From Lama guanicoe (lineage: Eukaryota): 64,000 nucleotides of DNA. The stretch lies in contig MU053557.1 in the NCBI GenBank assembly GCA_013239625.1, positions 69,063 through 133,062 of the forward strand, written 5' to 3'. Both the position numbers and the translations under genes were made by a program. Numbering within the stretch: position 1 is the first letter of the stretch; each line of letters begins with the position of its first letter. Below, piece after piece: positions 24,205 to 37,112 of the stretch. The notes beneath the pieces are model-generated. The model did no database searches. It was not told the origin of the DNA and was given only the letters and a program-made list of their open reading frames with translations.

Positions 24205-25750
24205 TTAACCCCGAATAGCAAAATAACCTTGAAAAAGGAGAATAAAGTCAGACGACTCACAATTTCTGATTTCAAATCTTCCTACAAGGTCACAGTAATC
24301 AAGATAGTGTGGACTTGCATATGGATAGAAATTTAAATCAACAGAAGAGAACTGAGAATCCAGAAACAAACAAACAAACAAAAAACCCCTGATTTTTGCC
24401 AATACTGTCAAGACTATTTAATAAGGGAAGAATAATCTTTTGACAAATGCTGCTGGGACGACTGGATAACCATATACAAAAGAATGACGTTGAATCCTTA
24501 CCTCATACAAAAATTAACTCAAAGTGGGACAAAGAATTAAACATAACAGCTAAAACTGTAAAACAGTTGGAAGAAAACAAAGTGTAAATCTCTATAACCT
24601 TGGACGTGGTACAAGCAAGTAAGGAAAAAATTGATAACCTGCACTGCGTCAAGATAAAAAACTTTTCTTCTTTGAGGAACATTATGAAGAAAATGAAAAG
24701 ATGATCCACAAAATGGAAAAAATATATATAAATCATATGTCTGATAAGGGTCTAGATGCAGACTATGGAAATAACTTTTACAACTCAATAATAAAAAGAC
24801 AACTTTGTGTCTTTAAAAATGGCCAAATTAATAGACAGTTCTCTAAAGAAGACATACAAATAGCCAATAAGCACATGAAAAGATGCTCAGCATCATTAGT
24901 CACTAAGGAGACGCAAATCAAAAACACACACGGTTATCATTTCATACCCACTTGAATAGCTATAATAATAATAAAGGAAAGCAGTAAGTGTCGGTAAGGA
25001 TGTGGAGAAGCTGGAACTCTCATGCATTGCCGATGGGATTATAAAACGGTGCAGCCTCTGTGACAGTTCCTGAAAAGTTAAACATAGAGTTATCATATGA
25101 CTGAGTAATTCCACTCCTAGGTGTCTACCCAGGAGATATAAAGACATATTCACACAAAAACTCCTACACAGATGTTCAAAACAGCGTTCTTCATAATAGC
25201 CAAAAAGTGGAAACAAGCTAAATGTCCATCAACTGATGAACAGATAAATACAATGTGGACTATCCATACAACAGACTCTTTTATTCAGCCATAAGAAGGA
25301 ATGAAGTACTGACTGACACATATTACAACATGGGCGAATATTTAACACAACACGTTAAGCGAAAAAAGGCAAACCTCAAAGGCCACATTTTATATGATTA
25401 CATTTATATTAAATGTCCAGAATAGGCAAATCTACAGAGACAGATAGTTGATTAGTGGTTCCCATGGGGTTGAGGAAGAAGGGAGTTGGGAGCAACTGCT
25501 ATTAGGTACAGGTGTTACCTGCCAGGATGATGGGAAATGCCCTGGAATGGTTACACAAAATGAAGACTATGCTAAAACCCATTGAACTGTACTTTTAAAA
25601 ATGTGAATTCTGGGGGTGAGGGCTCAACGGGTAGAGCCCATGCTTAGCATGTATTGAGGTCCTGGGTTCAATCCCAAGTACCTCCTCCAAAAATAAATCA
25701 ATGAGTAAACCTAATGTTATGTGAATTCTATGTCAATAGGGATGAAAAAA
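24205..25750 (+). mobile_element. Old L1 (L1MB-like) ORF2 end and 3'UTR, interrupted by a SINE
   Basis: gaatagcaaaataaccttgaaaaaggagaataaag...aaatgtccatcaactgatgaa...aaatgtccagaataggcaaatctacagagacaga; degenerate with many stops. Confidence 0.88.
25612..25714 (+). mobile_element. vic-1-like SINE nested in L1
   Basis: gctcaacgggtagagcccatgcttagcatgtattgaggtcctgggttcaatcccaagtacctcc; B-box ggttcaatcc. Confidence 0.85.
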
Positions 25751-26551
25751 TAGAAAAAAATTATTAAAACCCGACAACATATGCTTTCTGTTTTTTTTGG
25801 AATGCTGACTCATTGATACAGATCAGCTAAAATAATAAAGGACAAGAGTTATTCCATTAATATTTGTTTTGTAAAAATACATGTGTTCCCTTCTAGGTGA
25901 GAAGTTAAAGTTCATTCAGATTATGATCGAGAGTAGTTAGGGGACAAAGGGAGACCAAGGTTAAAGGGCTTGATCATTAAGACTCCTACGACTACTTTTT
26001 AAACTTCCACATAATAATTTATCTGCTTACTAAAACAGTACTTTGAAAAAATAAATTTCATTAAAACTTTATGGTACATGAATTCGTGGGTCAAATCCTA
26101 TCCCAAAGGTACGAGTTAGTCATTCTGAGAGATGTACATGCTCGTGTAGTGCACTGAACAGCTGTGTGTCTGGGGTGAACTGATGAGGCTCCGGCGTATC
26201 ACTGCCTCTTCTCAGGTGTTTCATGGGGAAGTCTCCACAATGGTACCTCGCTTATTCCCCGGGCAGAGCACCATGTCAGTGGATGGAGGATTTGATTTGT
26301 TTGTGGGGATATAATTCATAAATCATATGGACTCAGTCTTGTTTACCAAAGCAGATCTTTTCTCTCATTTCTGCTTTCTTTGAAGGAGTTCAGAACTTAA
26401 GATGCTCTCTGCAGTGAAACTCCTGAGCACAACTGAGCAAATGTAATACTTCTGACCTTTGAGGAAAAGCCCTGGTCTACACCGTCGGGGGTAACAATTT
26501 TCATTATTTAGTGGGACAGACTGTTCTTACTGATCATTCCATCCAGATATG

Positions 26552-26552
26552 A

Positions 26553-26613
<61 letters not shown>

Positions 26614-26839
26614 TTCCTTCCTTCCTTCCTTTCTTCCTTCCTTCCTTCCTTTCTTTCTTTTTTATGTCTGTCTGTCTTTCTTTGTCTTTCTTTCTGTCTT
26701 TGTTTTTGTGTTTCTTTCTGTCTTTCTTTCTTTCCTTTTTTCTAGGAGAGTAGGAGATTAGGAGGGTAAGAGAGTGCTTGCTTACTTGCTTTCCTTCCTT
26801 CCTTTCCTTCTTTCCTTTCTTTCTTTCCTTTCTCTCTTT

Positions 26840-26870
<31 letters not shown>

Positions 26871-27002
26871 CTCTTCCTTTCTTTGTTTCTTTCTTTCTTC
26901 CTTTCCTTTCCTCTTTCTTTCTTTCCTTCTTTCTTCCTTCCTTCCTCTTTCTCTTTCTCTCTCTTTCTCTTCCCCTCCCCCCTTCCTTTCTTTCTCTTTT
27001 TC
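26552..27002. repeat. Compound TTTC/TTCC pyrimidine-rich repeat in two blocks
   Basis: Direct observation; short purine-rich spacer at ~26743-26775. Confidence 0.97.
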
Positions 27003-27469
27003 AGCAGTGAGACTATAAGTAAAGATTCTGAAGCACTTTTCACCTTACTGGGTCGGGATGATTAATCACATTGGGGACTGCCCTGGTGGTGGAATGGGGT
27101 GGAAAGAATTACCCTCAGAGTTTGACTATGAAATTCACATAAAACAAATGCAGAGTCATTTAAAGGGGCAGAATGGTGGATAGGACAAGATGCAGAGGGA
27201 AAAGAAAGTTGGCAACAAGACTCAGCAGTGCTTCCTCAGGCCCCATCTGCAAGACAACAGGATTTGGGAACTCCCGTCCCAGCGGGAAGGCCACGGCCAG
27301 ATGGAGCGTTGTGATTATGGACTTGGTGAGTGGAGGACCAACTGGCAAGACCCCTCTTCTGGGAGACGGATGCACCCTTAAAACGGGATTTCCCTGCCTT
27401 CTTTTCCCTCATGGATTTGGATTCCACTAGCAGCTGTCTGAGCACATTTGCCTTCTACGGAACACCATG

Positions 27470-27680
27470 TTATAGCAGTTCAGAGCCCAGACTCTGGTCT
27501 ACACCATGTGGTTCAGTTCCCGGCTGTATCACTCACTTGGTTTGGCATCTTATCTTACAAGTTACATAACCTCTGACTTTCTTTCTTAAGGGGGATTAAC
27601 TACAGTTCCTACCTGAAAGGCTTGTTGTGAGGGTTAAACTGTATTAAACAAGGTAATCAGGCCTTTATATGGTGCTCAGC
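27470..27680 (+). mobile_element. MIR SINE
   Basis: gagcccagactctgg...ggttcagttcccggct...caagttacataacctctga...ttgttgtgagggttaaa. Confidence 0.7.
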
Positions 27681-30600
27681 CAACCATGTTGATTGTTACA
27701 TTACTCCACGTAGGTTCGTCAATGGGGACGGCTCACGTGCGGCAGTTACGTTTTTCCTTGGCAATTACTAAGTTGGGCTTCTGATTGAATATGTTAATCA
27801 CTTAAACTTAGTGTCAGTTTGACAGGAAGAGAGAGGGTGTGGACTGACAGATTCGGGGTTCTGATCCCGCCTGTGGATTAGGGGCGTTAAAGCCACTGCA
27901 GATTTACCAAGGTTATCAATGTCGCCTGTGAAGCCCTTTGGGGTCTGTCTGCTGGTCTTTCCCTGAAGACGTGAACTCAGTCAATTAATGGAAACTCACC
28001 ATCTCGTGAATTGCTTTGAATTTCCTTAGGAGGAGGCTCTACAGACGAAGTAATGAAGTGGGTCCAGTGGTTCACATGGTGCTTAAAAGCTGTAGTACTG
28101 GTCTACTAAGGACTGGGCTTGGGTATATCAGGTCATACCCTTTCCAAAAGCCTCTGAAGGCTTCCCTGTTGCTCGTTAGGTAAAAAGCAGACTTCATGCT
28201 AGGATCCACAAGGTCCTTCCTATCTGGCAGTTTCTGCCCTTCCAACCATGTGGTACAACTCTCCCTTGCTTGCCATGCTCTGTTCTGGGGGCTGGCAGAT
28301 GACAGCGAAGTTCTGTCAGGCTGTACTGGGACACAGCACACACATTAGTTTGCATGTTGCCTACTGCTTTCACGTGGTGGCGGCAGAGGTGGGGGGTTGG
28401 GACAGAGACCACACAGCCCACGATTTCACCTGGTAACACCTAACTGCCGGGGACCTAGGAAACGAGGTCCACTTGTGGGTCCAAGAAGAGATGGTTTTGT
28501 CCATCAGCTAACAATTTTTGCCATGAAAACAAAGCGGTATCTTGAAGCTTCCAGTGCCCTTACCATTCTGATTACCATGCCTCCCCCACCAGGTCCCCAG
28601 GGCAACTGCAGGGCTAATAACTTCAAGGTGCACATTTGGAAAACACTGACATTCCTGATTGGATTTGGTATTTTGAATAAAGCTATTTTGGTATTTTGAG
28701 AACATTTGTCACTACATGACATAGACATACTCACACCACCAGTACTTTAAGAACATTCAACAGGAAGCCAATGGCTTCTAACCAGTTTCACACTGAGTCT
28801 AAATTCACTGCTGAATAGTAAGTAGTAACGATAATAATAGAAACTCACACCAGGCTACAAGTTTTAAAGCAGTGATCTTACCTAATCCTCACCTATGAGG
28901 TAAGTGTTTTTGTTGTCAAGCTTATAAATGAGGAAATGGGGAAAAAGAGAAGTTAAGTAATTTGCCTAAGTTATGTAATAGTAAGCAATGAACGATGGGT
29001 CCAGCAGTCGACCAGCAGTCCCGTGCAGGGCACCGATTAACTCACTGTAGCACGTTGTAAGGTTAAACTTAGTATCTCACCCTCCCATGTTAGTTTACAG
29101 TTTACAAAACTGATGAAAGTAGCCTTGTTTTCTAGATAAGGAGACTGAGGCAGGAAAATTAAGTGATTTGACAAGATTAGGTATCCACTTTCAGGTCAAA
29201 GAACACTAGGAACTGGTGTCAGGATTCCCACTATCAGAAACAAAAGCCAAAGTGGAACCATGTGCCACCACGTGCTCTGCAGCCCAGTCACACCGCTAGA
29301 ACCCAGGTACCACGTCGCAACTGACTGTCTGCAGGGCGTTGACCCCCAAATGCCAAATGTTATCCCTTGAGAAAGCAGTTCTGCTCCTAAGAATATATCC
29401 TACCTCACTAAGAATAAGAGAGGCATTGTCTGATAATGAGAAACTGGAAACCATCCTAATATCAACCAATGGAAGAATGGTTAAATAAATTATGCTGCAT
29501 TCATAAGATAGAATGCTGCCATTAAAAAATTCATGATTTCTTGATTACCTGAGGATATTCTCACAATAAAATAAGAAGTGTACATATACTTACTATACTA
29601 TGCTGACTAATAATATATACTTATTCATATTTACATATGAGTATATATAAATTGTGCATATAAAACACACAATAATAATACTGTATTTGAAAAATATAGC
29701 TTTATATATTTCATGCCTTTATATTAGATTATGTTTTCTAAATATACTCATTTAATTACTTGTTAATAAATTCAATTAAGCATTAAGTATTTGTTATTTT
29801 AATATATTAAGATATACTAATTTATGCTAAATAACCTCACAGGAAATGCATTCAGATATTAACCATGGTGATCTCTCAGAAGTGGATGATAGTCGATTAT
29901 CATCTTTTTCAACATATTTTTCTGTCCTTTCCTACTTCCTCCAATAAAGATGTATCACTTTTATGAGGGGAGAAGTTTCACAACACATGGTATTTTAAGG
30001 AAAGAGGTTGGGAGCCTGTATCTCACGGTCTGCCTCCTCAGCCGGATCCCACCCTGTTTGGGACTGCAAAGCATTTACATGCAACCACTAAAAACACTTC
30101 GCTACTGTGAACTGGTAAATAATTCGGAATTCCTCTTAGGAAACCCCAGGTAACCATTAGGACCAGCCAAGTATGTCTTGAATTCAATCATCTGCAATGT
30201 TTCTTGAGCAGAAATGCAGGGAGGAGAGGAGAGGTTTTAGTCTTTGTGGCTTCGTGGGATGTACTGTTTGGTGTCCCTTCAGGAGAGGAGAAGAAGAAGG
30301 AGCAGACGTGGCTGAGGACAACAGAGCCCAGGACGGGGCAGGAACTGCAGCTTCTGGGGCTGGGGCTGGGGCTGGGGACAGACCACATCCTTCCCCAGCA
30401 CATTCATTTGTCTCTACTGATTTTTAACAGGAGGGCTTAGGAACCTTCAGAGAAGAGTCTGGAATCCTGCCCTCCCATGCATGGCAAACCGAGCTTGGCA
30501 AAATCAGGGTGCTCCCTGGTGAAGGTCAGACTGTCCAGAAGCGGGTGCCTCCAGGGAAGAAGGCAGCGGGCCCTGCAATTCCAGGAGTAAAGGCTGACAT

Positions 30601-32129
30601 TAGTGGAGGGGGGTGGTTTTACAGGCAGTCTCTGACCTGGGTACCCTGGGCACGCTAGCAGCCTTGGAGAAAGGCGCGGTAGCTGGGATTTGGAAGAATG
30701 ATAACCCTATAATGGTAGTCATGCATTGGGGTGCAAGCAACTTCGCAGTGGGGCTCCTAGCTCTCAGCTATACTATAGCAATCACATTCTCTGGCTTTGA
30801 ATCCCAGTTATATTGGCTTGAGCACAGGGATGACTCTCCCTGAGGAGATGATGGTTACTGCAAAGATGACAGGGACACTCTCAAGCATGGAGACGCAGTG
30901 CATGGGGAGAAGTGTCAGGGCGTGGGCTGACAGCGACCCTGCTGGGCCCGCTGCGCCCTCAATGAGGAAGCTCTGCCACCGGCCCCTCTGACAACTCAGG
31001 CTGAGCCGGTCGGCCATGGGACTTCTAGCTGAATGTCACCCTGAGTGTTCTGCTCTTGCTTTGCTGAGTTGGGAGGTGGCAGGGGCTGCCAGTTTAGGGA
31101 ACTGGTAGGTATTCCCAACTCACCAGCACTGGACTTGCAGGGTTGCAGGCGGTGGTCACTGTGACAGCCATGGAGATGGGGACAGACTTCTATACCTGAA
31201 GGGCATCTTTGTGGAAGCATCTGGAGCTCCGGTCCATGGATTCCCTCCATGGTGGGGACACTCAACCAAATTATTTCTGATCACATGTCAGTACCCCTGG
31301 GCATTTCCAGAAATATTTAGGGGAAAAGGACTCTTTACAAGGCCAAGGTAAAGCAGGGGCACTCATAATTAGAGTGGTGTGAGATGCTTGGGGTGACTTT
31401 GTTTAAGAAAAGGAAGCCAAAGGGGCTACTTAGGCAAACGTTTCTCCATGAATTCAATGTTCTTTAGGGGCAGCTGTGCTTCCATAGCCACTTGTTATAA
31501 TTATTTCAAAGAAGTGCCCTTCTGGGACTTCATTTTTTACTGGATGAGAGAAACACCATGACACGAGGCAAATCTGGACAATATTTCACCAGAGACAGAG
31601 TTTATTTTTGGAGGCTCTCCCCACAAGGGATCTTCTCAATCTGTCCACAGGATACTCAGCAATCCCCCAGCTTTCAGTCTCTGCCCCGTGTTTATTCTTT
31701 CCTTGCTCTTGTTCACACTTGAGCCAGTTATCACAGCAGGAAGGTGATATGATAGGTAAATTCACCTCAAGTGGCAAATGATTGGCAGTAGCTCGAGTTA
31801 ACTCCCAAAGTTCACTCTGATGGTGTTGATGTAACTAATAACCCCTAAGCCTGAGCTGTCTAAACTCTGCAGTCTTTTTTTCCCCAACAAGTCCTTTTGA
31901 AGTAGGTAGAGCAGCAATGACCATCCCTAATTCACAGCAAAGATACTGAGGAGCAGAGAGGGCCACTCACCCACCCCAGCCTCTCAGCCAGTGACGGATG
32001 GAACCACAACTACAGTCATCTAAGCGTTCAAGGGGAGGGTGTCTTCCTTGGCCCTGATGGGCATCCTGGAATATGAGGTTGTAAGGGACTTACAGCTCAG
32101 CTAAGTTTTCTGGTCTGTAAGCCTCTCCT

Positions 32130-32860
32130 TCTCTCACGCCCCATATCCTGCCCTTCAGCAAACCCTGCAGACTTCACATTGAGAGTTCGTACCGCGGTGG
32201 CCACCTTCGCCAGCTCCACAGGTCCAGCCCTACCCGAGTCCTCCCGTCTCTCATTCACACGATCACAGCAGCTTCCTGACTGCCTCCCTGCTTCCACACT
32301 CGCCTCTCCACAACCCGTGCGCACACCAGCCACAGGGATCCTGCTAAAGCGAAGCCAGATGGTGGCGAGTCCTTGGCTTAAAACCCCCGGTAGCTTCTCC
32401 GTCTCACTCAGCATCAAAGCCAGAGTTTACCCCTGGCCCCTGTCTGCTTTGCTGGCCGGCGTCCCCACCACCCCAGGTTCTGTCTGCTCCCAGCCCGCAG
32501 CTCGTCTTGCTGTTTCTCAGACTTGCCAAGCACCCTCCTTTCTACCTGCTGTTCCCCTGCCTGGAGCCCCTCACATAGCCATCCACATAACGGGCTTCTC
32601 TTTATTCAGACCTCAGTTCAAATGTCACCTCCTCAGAGGAGCCCCCTCCTGACTCTAAGACAGCCCCCTCCCAGCACTCGCTACCCACTATGTTTTCATT
32701 TTCTTCATAGCACTTCTCACCTGATACGGTATATATGTAGAGAAAATGCGTTGTCTGGCTCTCCTATCTAGATGTAAGCACCGTGTGAGTTTCGTTTTGT
32801 TCACTGCTTGTATCCTCAAGGCCTAGAATGGTGCTTGGCACCTACTTGCTGAATAAATGA
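32130..32860 (-). mobile_element. L2 (L2a-like) 3' fragment
   Basis: ctcagttcaaatgtcacctcctcagagga...ttttgttcactgcttgtatcctcaaggcctagaatggtgcttggcac...tgctgaataaatgaa. Confidence 0.85.
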
Positions 32861-32974
32861 AACCAAGAAACTCAGAGCAACGCACTTCTTTTTAGATATG
32901 AATGTTTCCTTCCTTTTCAGTTTAAACGACCCAGCATATGACATCAGTCCTGCGATCAACTTTTTTTCCTGACC

Positions 32975-33056
32975 TCTGGGTGACCTTTAGCAAGTAACTT
33001 GACTTCGTTAGAACTCACCTTACTCAGCTGTAGAATGGGAATGAAAATGCCACCTA
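32975..33056 (+). mobile_element. MIR fragment abutting the exon 1A 3' end
   Basis: gtgacctttagcaagtaacttgac...ctgtagaatgggaatgaaaat resembles the MIR core. Confidence 0.72.
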
Positions 33057-33060
33057 CAAC

Positions 33061-34063
33061 CTTCCTTGACACTTCACCCAAGCAGCCTCTGGCAAGCCTT
33101 TCTTGTTCTTTGAGGGAAGGAGCCATACAGGTGAAAATTGTCCTGATGAAGTTACAATGAAAGCCCCAAGAGGGCAGGAACTGTGCCGTGTCTCTCTCCA
33201 TTTTTGCACAGAGTAGGCACTGGTGAAGTGCTCGTCAAAGTTAATTATCTGCGGGACGTCAGTTGCACCTGCTTCTGCAGCTCTGCTCACGGAAGCTGGC
33301 CCCTTTCTGGGCTAACGCTCTGAAACAGCAGCAGAACGAAATCTAGCTTAGAAGTGACGCAGATCCCTTTTTCCAGAGGAAGCCAACCGCACAGCTCTTG
33401 ATGGACAAACAGCTGTCGTTGGTCCGTTCTTTGCTTTGAACGTGAAGCAGGCAATTTCACAAGAAGAGAAAAATTCAGATCAGAGGATTCATCCCCTCGG
33501 GTACAACTTTTTTCAGAGTGACCCTGTTTAATACTATGCTTCTCCTAACTTTGGTGAATTTCCTGGTTCAGCTCAGAACGACTGATTCAGCAGATATTCC
33601 CAGAGTCACACCCTAATGGAAACTAACATGTGACGTCTGGTGCCAGGTGCTTCCCGATGCTCAGCAAGGATTTGTGGAATAGACGAGAGCATGGATGTTC
33701 ACGCCACACTACTTGTTTCTGTCTTCCCTTCTTTCTCTTTCTTTCTCTTCCCTTTCTGACCTTTTAAAATTCCTTCCCCATTCATGCCCCAGTGCTTTTC
33801 TGAGACACGTGGGGATTTTATGGTTTTGTTGGACTTGACAGATTAATGATCCTCCAAAGTCCAATGATTTGGTATCAGAAGATCTAAGTTTTCTCCTTTT
33901 CTCTACCGTCTGAAACAGTGGGTTGTAATTTCCCCAGCAGAAGTGAAAGTCATCAGCGGCTACTCAGATGCCTGCGCAGGCACAAGAATGAGGGGGAGAG
34001 GGAGCAAGACAAGAGGAAGAGGGGACTTTTGGAGGGGCTGAGAGCAAACCCCACAATCATCCT
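33061..34063 (-). other. NR3C1: Distal untranslated exon 1A (1A3-length) homologue
   Basis: Minus strand GGGTTTGCTCTCA...CTCATTCTTGTGCCT...ACTTTCACTTCTGCTGGGGAAATT...GGAGAAAACTTAGATCTTCTGATACCAAATCA...AAGCACTGGGGCATGA follows recalled human exon 1A; ends GGCTCCTTCCCTCAA...GTGTCAAGGAAG|GT; ~1 kb long, ~32 kb upstream of the ATG. Confidence 0.82.
33940..33950 (+). promoter_or_regulatory. IRF-binding element within exon 1A
   Basis: GAAGTGAAAGT matches the IRF core repeat; an IRF element is known in human GR exon 1A. Confidence 0.65.
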
Positions 34064-36209
34064 GACAACTCAGTGGAAAGACATGAACTCCTGCGTTCCA
34101 GGGCAAGATTGCCATTGATGATAATTCTCTGTCATCAAGCAGGTGCTGGGGGAAAAAAATGTTCATTTTGATTTTTATACATTAATTTTAACAACAGGAC
34201 TTCCTCATTTGCCTGAGAAGGAGCTAGACAAGGATGCACAGTTTACAGTTAATGTGAAGATGAAAAAAAATTAGCATATCTTTTGTTTCCCCTAAAACAA
34301 CAATACCTAAATTAGCACTGTACCCTGCTTACCAGCCCACACAAGCATTTAGATTGTAAATGAGCTCAGTTTTAAGCACGTTTGTAACGGTTGAGCAAGT
34401 GAGAGGCGAGTTAGGTGGCCATATTGATACTAATGATGGTGACCTCCAGAACTGTCCCGGCCCACAAACACCCACCCTCAGCGGAACTGATAATCTTGAC
34501 TTCGGTCCCAATCAGAAGGTTTTCATCTAGGGCCTTCAGTCCTAATCATAGCAGAATATGTCAGATGAATTTGTTTCCACAAAGCTTGCTTGACACAGGT
34601 CAAATGGAAGACGTGGCAAAAATGTCATTGTTTCACATAAAATATCTGCAGAAATTACACTGAGAAACGGCTGCCCTTTCATCCCATTAAGGGAGGTATA
34701 CAAAGTAACAGCCAGGTCAAATTGTTACAATGGTGACAAGGATCACTTGATGTACATTTGTAATTGTTCTAAAAAAATTAATATGAAATACGAAGTGAAA
34801 GTTACCAGAATTGAGAGGCGAGGTTTTGCTTAAGAAGTGGAAAAGATGAACAGTACACTAAGAGCCTAAGAAGAAACTAGTTCTAAGATACTTGTTACAG
34901 TAGTTGTTGAAAGAATATTGTCGAGATCTTTATCCATATTATGTGGCTCCAAAGAATACAGTTTCTTTAGACTCTAGTCTTAGCTTCTGCAACACTACCG
35001 GTTTATCTTAATCTTATAGAAACTGTAGGTTTTTATACATGATCATATTTTCCTCTTTGCTTTGGTTGGTAGGAAGCTTGAAACCAAACTTACACACTAT
35101 CTCTAATAACTTTGCAGAATCTATGTTTGCATTTGTTTTTTCTTTCTTTTTTCTGGGGCAGGGGGAGTGTGAGTGGCTGTACACTAATATTATCCTCGGC
35201 TTTATTTTCTTACTCTTATTTTCACTTCACTCTGATTCCTTCACTTGTTTCTTTTCTCCTTTCCTTTTATATCTGTTTTTCAAAGCTGTCATGCAAGGAG
35301 ATGGAGCATGAATATATCAATACGCCTGGTGTCAAGGTGATAAACGTAACCCATTCAAAATCATCATCCTGCTGCTACTATTTATCCTATCCAGCTATCT
35401 TCTTAGAACAATGAACTTAGAATGCTGTCCTCCTGCTTGAAGTTACAGAGACATTTTTCTGAATTTGCATATACTGAACGTAGATTTTCTTCTTAGTCTT
35501 TTGCATTTGGTTTTCCCTCTTTTATTCTTTGTCTCAAAGTAACTCAACATGAACTATTACCTTAGGTTCTATCAGTCATCAACTTGGGGACACACTAGTG
35601 CTGCCCTGGCAGTGAATATCTTATCTTTTTTTTTTTAATAGTTCCAAGAGGGGTGATGAATCTATCTGGATCCAGAACATTCTTTTACTCTGTCTGCCCA
35701 ATGAATGTATTCTTATGTTTACTGCTTTACTCTCTCAACTTTCTATTTATTATTTGGCCATTTCATATTCTCTCTCTCCTCTCCCTCTCTCAATCTTCCC
35801 TTGGTTTCCCTAGGTTCTTCTTTTTATCTCTTTCCCCATCCATCCATCCATCCATCCCCCCTTCCTTCCTTCATCTCCCCCTCCCTCTCATATATGCTTC
35901 CTCTGTTTAAAAATAACAACAAAGGCTCATATATAATCAGGTCAAGAAAACATAAATAAAATCCTACAAATCATTGAAAATGAAGAGGAAACATGCACAA
36001 CAAAAATCTAGTTACAATTAGAGTCTTAAACTCTGTCTGGACTCTGTTAACTCACATAAAGGAAGAAATCAGAATAGATGGGGCAACTTGTATTAACATA
36101 TTGGCCATAAACACAGCTGGACCTGGAGTGGGTGGAGGTAGAGAAGAGGGCAGTGGTGGGCATCAGAGACTAACCTGAAGGTATAATGGAATGAAGATCA
36201 ATGGATCCA

Positions 36210-37112
36210 TTTTGGAGTCATCCTGACTCCTCCCCCTTTTCCACGCCTCACACGCAGTCTATTAACAACTCCTGTTCTTCCCAACCTGACTGTATCGGAA
36301 TCTGCCCATACGCCGTTCACCAGCACTGTCAGGACACAAGTCATCGCCTGCCCGGATTGGCTTAGTCTCTTCTGGCGGCTCTGCCCCTGCCTTTGACCTT
36401 CTTGCTTTTCTCCACCTGGCAGCCAATGTGATAGTGTGAACATGTGGACCACCGCCCTCTGCTCAAGCATCCGCAGAGGATTTTCCTTTTCCGTTCACTC
36501 GCAGTTAGAGCCAAAGGCCTCCGATGGCTACAAGCACTGGACCCCCGCCTTTCTGAGCGCTGCCCCGCACCCCCGGTGCTTTGGCCATGCCGCCCAAATG
36601 TGTGTCCTCAGGTTTGCTCCCTCTTCCTGGAGGAAGCCACAGATAAAGTCAGCCCTCGGTATTCGCAGGTTCCACGTCCGTGGATTCAACTGCCTGTGGC
36701 TGGCAGTGGGTCATTTTACATAACGGCCTTGAGCATCGCAGATTTTGTTGTCTGCTGGGGGTACTAGAAGCAAGGGACAACCCCATAGCTGTGTCTCCTT
36801 GTTTCTTTCAGGTCTTTGCTCAAGCGTTCTCTCATCAGAGACCCTCTGACTTGCCCTACAATTAAGGCTCCTCCAGTCCGCCTGCCCTCTTTAGCCTCTT
36901 GTTTTATTTTGCTCCATAGCATTTATTACTGCCTGACACAGCGTATGTGATTGTACCGGTTTATTTATGGTGTGTCTCCACGCACCCACTCACCCGAGTG
37001 CCAACTCTGAGGGCAGGGTTTTCAGTCTGTGGTGCTTACGCTGTATGCCCGATACCTAAATCAGGGCCCGGTGTGTAGGTAGCTCAATACATATTTGTTG
37101 AATGAATGGATG
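36210..37112 (-). mobile_element. L2 fragment interrupted by a DNA transposon
   Basis: ttggagtcatcctgactcctccc...; tail gagggcagggttttcagtctg...gctcaatacatatttgttgaatgaatgga. Confidence 0.8.
36647..36782. mobile_element. Internally deleted MER2-like (Tigger) element
   Basis: agtcagccctcggtattcgcaggttccacgtccgtggattcaac joined to cattttacataacggccttgagcatcgcagattttg...agggacaac. Confidence 0.72.

Noticed and set aside
25601..25729. Apparent 11-nt TSD atgtgaattct around the nested SINE
   Set aside because: Old L1 3' ends natively contain two gtgaatt motifs in this region, so it cannot be confirmed as a TSD.
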